64,000 nt of DNA. Origin: Camelus dromedarius. Taxonomy: Eukaryota. The translations under genes were made by a program, and so were the position numbers. How positions within the stretch are numbered: position 1 is the stretch's first letter; each line of letters opens with the position of its first letter. The notes beneath the pieces were generated by a model. The model made no database searches. It saw only the letters and a program-made list of their open reading frames with translations, and was not told where the DNA came from. Shown here piece by piece: positions 24,980 through 36,813 of this stretch. The stretch spans positions 43,712,001 to 43,776,000 of the forward strand of contig NC_087447.1 in NCBI RefSeq assembly GCF_036321535.1, given 5' to 3'.

Positions 24980-26060
24980 CACCTATTCTGTGCTGAAGAC
25001 CAAGAGGCGCTAGAGATGGAGCTGCAAAGCCTTTGCTGTCAGAGCTGCCATTCTGGTGCAGGAGGCAGATCATAAACAAAGAGACGAATATGCACATCAT
25101 AGGTCAGCTGGTGGGAAGTGCTATGAAGAAATAAAACCAGGACACAAGGATGGGGTTTGTGAAGCAGGGATGCTGTATTAGAGGGCGTCAGGGAAGGCCT
25201 CTACCATGGTGACATTTCAGCAGAGATCTGACCTGAGTGTACTTGGAGGAGAACATCTCAACAGAGAGGACAGCAGGCACAAAGGCCCTGAGACACCAGT
25301 GCTTCAGTGAATGAGCCAGGGGATGTGGTGGGAGGTGCAGTCCCAAAGGCAGCCCGAGGCCAAATCACATATGGCACTACTGGTCATGATGGGGACTTTG
25401 GTTTTTTTCTTTGTTTGTTTTTAAGTTTTTAAAAATACCTTTATTATAGTATGATTCCTGTACAGAAAACTACACATATTTCAGATATATAATTTGATGA
25501 ATTTTAATAGATGTAGACACCAATGAAACCACCACCACAATCAAGATAGCTAACATTTCCATCACTCCCCAAGAGGTGCAATTTTCCAACTCCCAACTTA
25601 TCCCTTCTCACCTCCTTTACCCCTTGGTAACCATAAGTTTGTTCTCTCTGTCTATGAGTCTGTTTCTGTTTTGTAGGTAAGTTCATTTGTGTCCCTTTTT
25701 TAGATTCTACCTATAAGTGATCTCATATGGTATTTTTCTCTCTCTTTCTACCTTACTTCACTTAGAATGACAACCCCCAGGTCCATCCATGTTGCTGCAA
25801 ATGGCATTATTTTATTCCTTTTTATGGCTGAGTAGTATTCCATTGTATATCTATACCACATCTTCTTTACCCAGTAAGACAGGGGACTTTGGATTTTCAT
25901 CCTGAGATGAGAAGCCACTGAAGAGTTTTGGAGGGGAAAGAGTGATGTGATTTGATTTATGTTTTTGGGATTACTCTGCTGCTTTGTGGAAGATGGTGAG
26001 AAGGGGGCAAGCGCAGAGCAGAGACCACTCAGAAGACTATGTGTTCATCTTGGAGACCGG
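24980..26060. mobile_element. L2 fragment split by the L1 insertion at 25402-25881
   Basis: GTCAGGGAAGGCCTCT...GGTGACATTTCAGCAGAGATCTGA...CAAAGGCCCTGAG on the left, GGACTTTGGATTTTCATCCTGAG...GAAGCCACTGAAGAGTTTTG on the right. Confidence 0.7.
25402..25881 (-). mobile_element. 5'-truncated chimeric L1 insertion (young artiodactyl L1 ORF2 end/3'UTR plus L1M-type 3' tail)
   Basis: 25576-25875 is an L1 ORF2 C-terminus/3'UTR (ATGGAATACTACTCAGCCATAAAAAGG...GCAGCAACATGGATGGACCT on minus). 25402-25575 resembles an old L1M 3' end. TSD GGGGACTTTGG at 25391-25401 and 25882-25892. Confidence 0.8.
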
Positions 26061-28127
26061 GCTGAGTCTAGGAGGCAAACACAAGCCTTAGACAATGAAA
26101 ACCACAAAACCCAAATGGACGAAGGGCCTGAATACATGAGAACTCGGCTGCAGCCCTAGAGAAGACTTAGTGTGGTATAAAGACTTTTTTGTTCCTCAGT
26201 GATTTATCAAGAGCTAACATGTTATAGCGCTTGCTACGTGTCAGGCTCTTTTCTAAGCACCTTACGTGCATAAGCACAGCAACCCTCTTAGATGAGCACT
26301 AGCATCATCCCCACTTTAAATATGGAGAAACTGAGGCATGGATCATGCAGGTGGCTTGTTGTAGATCTGGGATTTTAACCGAGCAGGCTGGCTACAGGTG
26401 TTCCTCCTACCAACCCACAAAGAACACCTGGGAATGTCTTAGACTGACTCTCTGCAAAACTCTCAGGCCTGTTTCAGAGAAGCCTGGGAAGCCTTTCCAG
26501 AAGGAACCCCCCAGCGTGGAGGCCTAAGGAAATGAAGGAGGAGAAAGCATGTCATGCTGGAAGGGAAGAAGGATGGTGCCCCAGGTCCTACACAACCCAC
26601 ACCAGGGCCCCGCCCTCCACAACCATCACAGATCCCAGACCATGGCAAGTACCCTCCACCTCCACCCTCGAGCTACCAGACGAGCAGTCCTTTCTCACAG
26701 ACAGAGGGGATTTTGCCAGAGGCTTTGTCATTTCAGGAAGGCTTGTGTGGGGAAATTAGGAGGTAGGAAGAGAAACTAACCCCACACAAGGCTGCCCATT
26801 CACCCATCACAGCCATCCAAGAGCCCTGCACACCTCCAGGGGCTCCTCTTTGCTCCCTGGCTGGGGGCTCAGCAGTGCTGACAACATTTGCTGGTCTGAG
26901 AGTCTAACCCTATCACTCTGATCTCAGTGCACCTGAGGCCCTGGAAGTTTCCAGATGAGATTCTGAACAAGAATTGCTAGGAAACCCACACTCTTGACTG
27001 TTTCCTCTCAATTGGGCTTCAGGGACTCTAACCTACAGGAGAGCATCCCAAAATACGGCACCTCTGAAAAGTGGGGTGTTAGTCACCACCTCTCAAGGGC
27101 CCTTCTCTCCACTGAGAAATTACGAGCCTGAGAGATGACAGCTGGAACATGTGACAGGGCCACCAAAACATGAAGAAGCTTTAAGACACAGCACATCTCC
27201 TCCGCCCTACGCACAAAGCCCCAGAACCCTCAGTGCACAGGAGGTATCTTTGCAGAACGGAAGGTAAGGCAAAGGGGCAACATCAGATGCCCCATGCACA
27301 TCCTGGGTCTCACCACACTCAGCCCAAACTTCTCCCCTCCAGCCTTCGCTCCACACAACGAGGAGCAAAGCCCCAAAGAAGCACGTTCAGGCAGCAAACA
27401 AGGCCTCTGACCTACATCAGGTAGGGCAGAGAGAACACCTGGGACCTCTGGGGAAAAGATTTCCAACAATAGGCTTGTTCTAACTAATACGGGCTTCAGT
27501 GGCCCCCTTCAGGGAGCTCATCAGCCTGAACAGCCTGCTGGCAGCCTTTTCCCTTAACAGTTTTCTGGACCTTTTCTCGAGAATGTTCCTCACTGGCTAA
27601 CGCAAACATAAAGCCAAACAGCTGCAATGGATTGAAAAAACAATACGGCAGAAAGAGCATTCTTCAGGTGATTAGGTGAATCGATGCAAACCTGCCTCCT
27701 GACTCCCTAATGTACTGGAGTCCGGCTGGGAAAGGGAGCTGCCACCTGCAGTAGGTGGCAGAGTCTGCAAGATTTCAAGTTTCAGCTCGACTGCAATGAG
27801 CCATGATGTGCTCTGAACATTTTACAACAAAATCAATCTGACTGAACCCAAACTGCCTTGCAGCCAGGATCCAAACTGCGACACAGTCATACACATGCTA
27901 ATATCTGGTGCATCCCTAGTCTCAACAGAGACCTAGACTCATGCCAGATATCAGAATCCAAGTTTGTACCATTCAAAAAGAGGTGGCACACACAGTAAAC
28001 TAAAAGAAACCCAACGGGGGGCTTCTCTCTGCACTGAAAAAAAAAAAAAAGAAATAAATGTCCAGTGAGAGGAAGCCGTTTCTCAGGGCGGAGGACCAGC
28101 CATCAGTCATCAGGACCCTGACCGTAC

Positions 28128-28191
28128 CTGCAATGATCCCATCCATCTGCTCCAGGGCAGCTTCCAGCGCGTGACTTGCATCAGAAGCCAT
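28128..28191 (-). CDS. PPFIBP2: PPFIBP2 (liprin-beta-2) exon 2, coding part: MASDASHALEAALEQMDGIIA+G (64 nt, phase-1 end)
   Basis: Peptide recognised as the liprin-beta-2 N-terminus. ATG at 28191-28189 in strong context (GTCATGG). Donor CAG|GTACGG with GT at 28127-28126. An in-frame TGA in exon 1 rules out an N-terminal extension. Confidence 0.97.
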
Positions 28192-28226
28192 GACTCCTGC
28201 TTCCTGCTCAGGCTCCTCCTCTCCTA
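28192..28226 (-). other. PPFIBP2: PPFIBP2 exon 2, 5'UTR part, with tandem NAGNAG acceptor (TTTTCAG|TAG|GAG)
   Basis: Minus strand reads tttgttctatatttgaattttCAG TAG gagagg...gtcATG. The exon can start at 28226 (CAG) or 28223 (TAG). Confidence 0.85.
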
Positions 28227-29558
28227 CTGAAAATTCAAATATAGAACAAAGGAAAAATTACTGAGAGTTCCATGTTACATGCCCACCAAATCCTCTTGCT
28301 CCACCACCGCACAGCACGCTCACGGGCATCCTAGATTTCTGACATGCAGTTTCTACCATCTCGATGGCCTCTACCTCTTGGCACCAGTGCTGTTCCTCCG
28401 TGAATCTTCAGCATGTGGTCCCATTTGCTTCTGTCATGAAAAGCCACTAAGGCTCTCCAGAGTCCCCTGCAGCAGTGAAACAGTGATCGCCTCTCCTACC
28501 ATCACTGTGGTCCCAGGCTCCAGAAGCTCCAGCCGCCCTGGAGAAGGCTCAAGGCTCCCCCCATATCAGGGAGAGCACACAGCTGGCGGGGACTCCATCA
28601 GGACGTGTCCTGCAGCCGTGAGTCACAGCAGGTATTAGCCGTCTTATATCTGCATTTGTCCGCATCTGGGATGCTCTCCTTGGGAGGCTGTGATCCAGAC
28701 TTCAACTGCCATTTTCACTTTTCAAGTGAGCCAATGTGCCCTGTCTAGGAAGGCTACGGGCACACTGTCGTGGGAGGAGTACCATGCCAGGAGCCTGGGG
28801 CACTGTCTCTTACCATTTTAGTTCTGTTCTACCCAGCACCATTCAAGGTGCAGAAGGCCATCTTCTCAGGGCTGGAGAATTTCTCCAAAAATACAGCCTA
28901 GCCACCGCTCCCCTAAGGCTGAGTCTCCTCTCTAGTGGGAAGGATGGCAATTGGTTCCATCTCTAGATAACTCTGCCTCTTAGAAAGGTCTTTACACTAA
29001 ACTGTGTCTTTGCAGCCTCTTCTTATTTTTCTTGCTTCCCACCCCCTCCCTGGTAGCAGGGAGAGACTTACAACAGCATCAGTAATCCTAAGAGACTTAG
29101 GTCACACCTGTGAATGGGAGGCAGGCGCTATTGTTTGCTCATTCAGCAAAGCCCATGTCTGTGCACAATGGGCCTAAGTGCTGCAGAGAACAGAGACAGG
29201 GCTCCCACATTCCAAGGGGGCACAGCTCAGGGAACAGGACATTCTGTTGCTCATTTTCCCCATGAAGTTAGATCTCTGGCAAGAAGAGAGGAAAGTGAGC
29301 CACCACAGGAAAGTGGAGAAGAATGTTAGGACCCCAAAGAATCACACTGGACAGTACCAGGCAGGAGCAGTTCAACACCCTGGGTTCAAAGCCAGCTCTG
29401 CCATTTACTGTATGATCTCTGAACCTCAGTGTTCTCATCTGAAAAATGGGGATGATAACAGCACCTAACCCACAAGGTTGACATCTTGATTAAATGAGTA
29501 ATCAATATTTCACAGAAAATTTCATATTGTATGTCTTAAGTGCTCGGTATACATTAGC

Positions 29559-29697
29559 TTTTTTTTTTTTTTTTTTTTGCAGGGTGGGTGGGTGGTGGTA
29601 ATTAGGTTTAATTATTTATTTTAACAGAGTTACCAGGGATTGAACCCAGAACCTACAGTGCTAAGCATGCACTCTGCCACTGAGCTATACCCTCCCC
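29559..29697 (-). mobile_element. tRNA-Ala-derived SINE (only copy sense to PPFIBP2)
   Basis: Reverse complement begins GGGGAGGGTATAGCTCAGTGGCAGAG. The poly-T run is its poly-A tail. Flanks TAC(A/G)TTAGCTTT form a TSD. Confidence 0.9.
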
Positions 29698-30406
29698 AGC
29701 TACGTTAGCTTTTTTTTTTTAAAGTGAGGAGATAATCTCAGGACACATCTGTGCCAGGACAGCTCACTGGATTAGGGACTTTAACCGAAAATGGGGTAGG
29801 CTCAGGGAGGGAGAACCCAGGTAGATCCAAGAGTCTGGTCCTTTGGAAGAGGTAGGCACGGCAAAGAAAGATAAGCCACTATGCATGTGGCGAGGGAGGG
29901 CAGTGACTCATTGGTACAAAGGCCAAGGGGTCAGAAAGGAACACTGAGCATTCGCAGTCGGAGAACCACCACATAGTCAGCTCAGGGGAGTGTGGACAGG
30001 AGCTTGCAGAGGGGGCTGGAGCCCCACTGGCACCTCGAGGCTATGGCAGGAGCCAGACAGGGCTGCAGCAAGGACAGAGCACATGCCAGAGCAAATCTGG
30101 GTGCAGATCTCAGGGTGTGAATGGGAGCAATGCTGGGGGCAGGGCGGGGGGGGGGTAGAGGCAGCAGAAACAGGGCAAGATTCGGCACACTCACACCTAT
30201 TCGGCCATAAGGGATAGTAAAAGTTTAAAGACCTACTTCCCTCTGAGGAAGTTCCCAACTGCTCCCAGGGAAAAAAAAAAATTCAAAATCTGTACTGTGA
30301 CGGAAGGAAGCAGCCGGCAGGATCCAGCTCTGCCGACCTGACGTGGCCCTCCCATGGCTCCCCATGCTCCGGCAGCCATGGTCCCTGCACAACTCCCAGC
30401 ACTCTA

Positions 30407-30894
30407 AGTCAACTGAAAAAAGTTGAGTTATATTTTATTCGGAGGACTTTCTGAGGACTCAAGCCCAGGATACAGCCTCTCAGATCACTCTAAGAGATTG
30501 TTCTGCCCAGGCAAGAGTGGGACCAGGATATATAGGAGTTTTTGCAACAAAGATGAGGGTCAGAACATCAGATTACAGTTAATTAAAGAAAACCAGATAT
30601 CTCAAGTTGAGGAATTTAGCGCTTCTCTATGTATGGGAAGGTGCAAAGGTCTGAGCTCACTGAAGTCATTCCTTTGATGTGCACCTTAGCTATCTAAGGC
30701 CAGTATCCTGAGCTCGCACATCCTGAGTTCCCTCAGGGTGCACTGTTGGGGGCAGTCGCAGAGGCTGGACTGCCTGCTTGTCTGCATCCTGAGTTCCCTT
30801 CATTCACTGTCAGGGGGTGGAGGTAACAGCTGATGACTTGACTGTCACAGCATCCTTTGTTTACTGATATGGGTGGTAATGTTTTTCATTCACA
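30407..30894 (-). mobile_element. ERV1-like solo LTR, sense to PPFIBP2
   Basis: Minus strand starts TGTGAATGAAAAAC, has TATATA at about 30529-30534, AATAAA at 30439-30434 and ends ...TTTTTTCAGTTGAC, giving U3-R-U5 order. No clean TSD. Confidence 0.72.
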
Positions 30895-33800
30895 CCCTTT
30901 GCCGACCCTCTGCCCTGAGCTCACTTCCCCAGCTCCCTGCACAGCTGATCCTCATCCTTCAGCCAGCAGCAACCAAGTCTCTTCTCAGAGACGCCTTCCT
31001 TGCATGCCCCTAATTCAACCCCTTTGTAGCACAGTGCCTCCAAATCCTAGTCCATCTGTTTCCTTGCTAACTGGCCTTGCTCACCCTCACTGTGGAGGCA
31101 GGTGGGCCCCATCCGCCTCACTCACCCCTAAGTGCCCCGTGCCAGCAGAGTGGCACAAGGAAGTTTATGAGTAAATACTGTGAATCAATGGATGGATCTA
31201 TGTGGCCAGCATTGCCTGAACTGCTGTGCACTGGGGGGATACTGACAAATCAGACCTAGTCCCTGCCCCACGGACCATGCAGTCTGGTGGAGAAGACAGA
31301 AGTATGACCAAATAATTATGACCCAGTGTGAGGCATGCTGAGAGAGGCAGGGAGGCAGTTTCCCTGGGTCTTGAAGGATGGGTAGGCACTTTCTCAGAAG
31401 ATAAGGGTGATTCCAGGCCAAGGGGGCAGTGCGTGAAAGGCAAGGGAGCATGTCAGGACAGGACGTCGTTGGCAAACGTCAAAATGGTTGATGAGATTAT
31501 ACAGGAGCACCCAGCTGCTCCCCGTGAGTCAGAACCCTCCACGGAATTCACAACACCTCCACAAGGGCAATTAAGGAGGGGCGCTTGGGAATCACACCCA
31601 CATCAGGGATCTGGATGTCCGTGCACCACCACTCAAGTGGCCTCAGATGTCAACACGATCGAGATTTTTAAAAGGAAGATCTCATATGTCAGCCTAGCTG
31701 GGGCCTTAGTACTGGGGTGAAAGGTGAGAGGGCAGTTAGCAGGTGCTGAGCCCAGGGGGCCCAGTGATGTCCCCCTGCCACAAAAGGGCCCTAACAGTGA
31801 ACCGTGGGCCCTCTGCCCAGGGATGAGTTGGTACTTGGCAAAGAGCAAGCTGGGTGGACCCGTGGGAGCTGGCGAGAAGTGAAATGTGAGTCAAGGGTGT
31901 AGTATATTCACAGCCCAGGACCTGGGCCGTCAAGACTGGGAGACCTTGGGAGCCAGAACCTGCTAGGGGCAGCTGATGAGCTCAGTGCTGGGTCTGCGGT
32001 GACGGCAGGATGCAGTGAGAAAGGGCTCTGCCGGCCTCTGGTGCCAGGCGGTTGTGAGGGGTCACTGGTGTCGGGGACAGAGGGGACCGCTGAAGGGCCA
32101 AACATACCATAGAAGCGACGCCTCCAGCCCCATCAATGAACACGGACACTCTGATGGAACAGGGAAGCCACGAGGTCACCAACCACTGCTATCTTGGCAG
32201 CTACAATCATTTTCTTCCCTCCCCAGGTGGGAGCTCCCCGTAAGGAAGGCACCCTGGGACAATCCCTGCTCTCGAGGACCTTGGGGTCTCAGAGGCCAAG
32301 GTGTCACCCAGTTGCATTTAGTGCTCTGCGTCTTCCATGTCTGTTCACCCCCACAGAGTCACGCACCACTCTCAGGAGCGTGGGTTCATCGGGGATGTGA
32401 GGAGAAACAAGGTGACGAGGCCAGAGGGCACATGTGGAAGAGGCAGTAACCCAAAGGGCTGGGAGAGAGGAGAATCCGGGTCAAACTCCAAAGGGGCCCC
32501 ATGAAAGGCAGGACGACCTCTAGGCAGGTGGTGGGGAGTGGAAGTGAAATCATCTTCTCCACCCGTGAGAGGGGAGCTCCAGTGACCACCCAGGGGCCTG
32601 TCAGCAGAGGAACTGACATTGTGCCCTGGGAGCTCTAAGGAGGGGTGCCCCACCAGCCCAGGAAGGAGAAGAGCAGGCAAAGGAGGACATGGTATCCTTA
32701 ATGTGTTCAGTCCAGTGACAGCTGCCATATCGGCCAAAAGCAGTTTCCCTGCTCTGGACACTTGGACCATTAACAGAGCCCTACATTTGACACGGACGGG
32801 CAAGCAGCCTTCTCATACCAAGGAACTGGCTCATCCTGAGCTACAGAGATAAGGAAGGGAATGTTGTGTAAGAAAAGAAAATGTGCGGTCCACCCGTCAT
32901 GCAACCCTCCCCTCCCCAACAGGCCTCTTGAGATGCTGTCATCTTCCTCCCCGTGATGGTGCCTGATGCTGGGCTCCCCTAGAACAAGACTTGACCCTCC
33001 TCTTTGCTACCAGCCAGGAAGAAAACAACCCTGCAGCTGAGAGACCAGCCAATGAGGAAGGAACTGCCATGTGTGAAAATAACAGTGTCTGGTGACAGCT
33101 ATCAGAGCCACGTGATCTGCGCCACACAAAGGCCAGTTTGGCACCTCCAAGTTAAATAGGGTGCAGGGTTAGGTGAAGTTTAGAGGGTGAGCCACAATTA
33201 GCTGCCCACCACCTGGGGCACTCCAAGGCAGTGATTTAGATACGGTATTAACTACTTCTGTGCTCAGCAAAGGAGAATCAGCAGTAGGCAGGAACTGCTG
33301 ACTAAGACAAGTCTTGGGTAAGTAAATCTTAACTTGCCTCACCCATCCTGAAATGCAAGCTTCTATTCCATTTTATAAACTAGCTTTCTCTTCATAAAAG
33401 TGGCAACAGGATGCAAGTGTTTTGGGGAGGCTTGGACTGTCCTGGATGGAGGAAGGAATCAGGAACAGATCTATAGTCCCTGGTACCCTCCAGGGTCTCC
33501 TGGGCCAGGGCTGGGCCCTGACACCTCACAGCTGCAGCCAGATAGGGTCCAGCATCACTGGGTAGAAGGAAATGCCTCGGGCCAGAACCCTCAACCAAGG
33601 ACTCACCACCCCCAAACTTGGACTCATCTCAGACCTCTTCCAGCCCCAAAGAGCCAACAGGTGGTAAGGAAGTATCACAACATCTCAACGAGCTGAAGAC
33701 TTTTCCCCACAGTTTACTGGTCGCCCATAAACCACAGATGCTCACTCTTCAAATGGTTAAAGAAATACCTCTTGTTATCCTTGAGCTGGGGAGATGGCCT

Positions 33801-35129
33801 CTGAAAAGGATACAGAAAACTTATCTCTTTGGGATAGTAGGGCAAGAAGCCATTTTCAGCACTTAAAAAATAATAATAAAGATGGAGGAAGACATACAAA
33901 GAAAACTGATGGCAGTGCCTACATTCTCAATTTCATCCCAAGCCGACCAATATTAACTTTCTTTCTAAAGGACAAATAGGAAAGAACATAGAGTTTATAG
34001 CGAGACAATGCTGAGTAAAAACCTGGGCTCTGCTATGTAATGGTTGTGGGTCTTTAAACAAGTTACCTAACCTTTCAGAGCCTCAATGGTCTCATCTACA
34101 AACTCAGTATAAAATGAATCTCATTGTTTTGGACAAAAATAAACAAGAAAGAGACCTCCAATAAATACAGCAGATTGAAGTCAAACATCTAATTTAGCTA
34201 CCCATTGAAACAACAGGAGGGAAACTTATTGGGAAAGACACAAACCCACAAGGACTTGGGGAACGTGATCAGAGACATAAGGGAGATGGCCGGGCAACAG
34301 CTATGCAGCAAGCCTAAAAGGGCAGTTGGTCCATGTTGGAGGGCTTCCCAAAGCTCTGGGAGAGAGTTCTTCAGTACCATGAAATTAACAGCACATCTGC
34401 TGCATCTGACCATCTTAAGAGATTTATATAATTGCTGAAGAATTTGTTCAACTCAATAAGAAAATAGCAAACTAAGTAAATGACAAAAGAACTCTGAGGA
34501 AACTAAAAAGTAAAAATAATCATAGTCCTTACAATGAAACACCATGCACATACGGATTTAACAGAAATTGCACTGGCAGGATGGAGGGGATGGAGAAGTG
34601 CTTGTGAGTGATGGGAGCAAGACTGGAGAGAGAGCTCCCATCTCTCTCACCTTCTAGGGTGGGAATTTGGATGTCACAAGACAATGACAACTGAAAAAAA
34701 ATAGTAAAGTGGCAGAACAAGCATTTTTTCAGTGATCTGGGTAAAAATACTGAAAGAGTTTGAAGTGGCAGCATCTGAGGAAGAACAATGGGGTGGGTAG
34801 ATGGGGAGACGGCTGTTTTAACAAATCGTATACAATTATTTGACCCTTTAAATTGTGTAGATATCTAGTAGTGATAAAAAACAAAAATAATCACAAAGAT
34901 TTAAAGAGATGATATGGGTGGGCTGCCTGGCACAGCGTCGAGATTCGATTCATGTGGGTTCCTTTCTCCTCTTAGCTTCCCTGTATCGGGCAGGTGCCTG
35001 TGAGCTACTTGCTAAGAGTTTATCCAGCATTATCTCACTTAATCCCCACGTGCCACTGAGGAACTACTCTCCCCCTTACAGACCTGCCTGAGGATGCCCA
35101 CTGCTCTTCCTCCCTTTCTTCCACGTGGT

Positions 35130-35935
35130 TTTGAGCACAGGAGGACCTAACTTACCTTTTAAAAAGATCCTTTCGGCTGCAACTTGGACTGAGGATGGGG
35201 GTGGGGTGGGGTGGCAGTGCAGCAGTGAACACAAGAAAGCCAGGCAAGAGATAAAGGTAGCTTGGACCAGAATGATCGTGGTAGATGTTCTAATCCTTAA
35301 TGTATGTTGACGGCAAAACCAGTCAGCTCAGCTGATAGACTGGACGTGGGCTGATAAGAAAGAACGTAGGGTTTATAGCCAGTCTTGAGTTAAAACCTGG
35401 CCTCTGCTGGATAATGGCTGTGGATAATGTGCATAATGAGAGGAGGGAAACAGGACTTCAAGTCTTTGCCTGGGAGCCTCTGGGAGGGTGGGGAGAACCA
35501 CAGGAGCAACAACACGGGTGGTGGGGTTGGGGGATGAAATCAAGAGATTGGGTTTGGAAACACTCAGTTTAAGATGCCTACGGACACCAAGCAAGATATG
35601 CTGAGTAGGTATTTGGAAATACGAGTCTGAGAGTCAGAAAGAAATCTGCCCGGAGACAATCCGGGAGCTGTCTGCATGAAGGTGGGACTTAAAACAACCA
35701 CGTGAAGCAACTGTAGTAGCATAAGACAAAAAAAAAAAAAAAAGGAAAAGGGAGAGGCCTCAAGACTCTGTAGAACACTCCAACATGCAGCGTGCAGCTG
35801 TCAGGGAGGAGAACCAAGGCAGGAGACTGAGAAGGAAGAGGCAGGAAAACTGAGAAAGGGGTGTCCCAGAAACCGTACGAAGGGTTCAGGGTGGAGGACG
35901 CAGTCAAGGGTGCCAAGCGCTGCTGAGTCAGACCA
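35130..35935. mobile_element. L2 fragment
   Basis: TTTTAAAAGATCCTTTCGGCTGC...AGTTTAAGATGCCTACGGACACCAAG...GGAAATACGAGTCTGAGAGTCAGAAAGA, degenerate L2 3' region. Confidence 0.6.
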
Positions 35936-36745
35936 GAGACCATCTTCTCTCCAAACACTCACTGGGGGTGATCTCACCTGCTGCGCCGTTCACCTGGCCC
36001 TGCACTACCTCACCCTAGGCTGCAGTAGCCTGACTGGTTGTCCTGCAACTGGTTCCAGGCAGCCTCTCCATTGGCCCTGCACTGAAGACTCACCAACTCA
36101 ATGCTCCTCCAACCTGGGTGTCTGTCCGGATCACCCGGAGAGCTAACAGAGCAAGAGGTCCAGGCTCATCTCAAGGGAAGAGGGCCTGGCCTTTGCATGC
36201 TGACCTAGCTGCTCAGGTGCTCCTGAGACTCACAGAAGTTGAACCACCAGTGGAACACAAACACGGCTCCCACCCAGGCCCTCTTCTGTTCAGAAAGTCT
36301 CCGGGTTCACCGCCAGCCAGTGCAGAATCATGCTTCTCACCACATCGGCTCAACCTGCACTCAGCGGCAGCTTTAACTTCCATCGTACTCCCTGGCAAAC
36401 CTCTGCCCCATCCCAACCAAATGTCTTATCATCAGTGGACAGATTTCTAGGTGGTAGTTAATTGCCTGAACCAGTTACTTCCCTGCTTTTATGCCCATGC
36501 CAGCAGCCTTCTCTGCTAACTTCCCACCTTCTCTTCAAGCCAATTCTTCCCTGAAACTCTCTGGACCTCACTCACCTAAATGTGATCTCCCAGTCTCCTT
36601 GATCTTGCAGGAAAGGGATGAGAGCAGCTGTGCACACCCATCTCCCCTGCAAGCCTTTTACACGTCTGGGCCCCTGAGAGCATCGCCCCTTCTGTAAGCC
36701 CTGTAGAAACTTTTAAAGATTTACTAATAAAATAAAATTACTCAT

Positions 36746-36813
36746 CAGTCCCCACTACCTCCATTAAAAAAGAAATAAATAAACCTAATTATCGTCCCCC
36801 CACCAAACAAAAC
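36746..36813 (+). mobile_element. 5'-truncated tRNA-Ala-derived SINE
   Basis: Only the 3' part is present (TCCCCACTACCTCCATTAAA...AAACCTAATT). TSD AAAATTA(C/T)TCAT at 36734-36745 and 36814-36825. Confidence 0.8.

Noticed and set aside
28000..28127. C-terminal part of ORF 28000..28191
   Set aside because: Read-through past the GT donor into intron 2. The same applies to the flanks of ORF 15497..15904.
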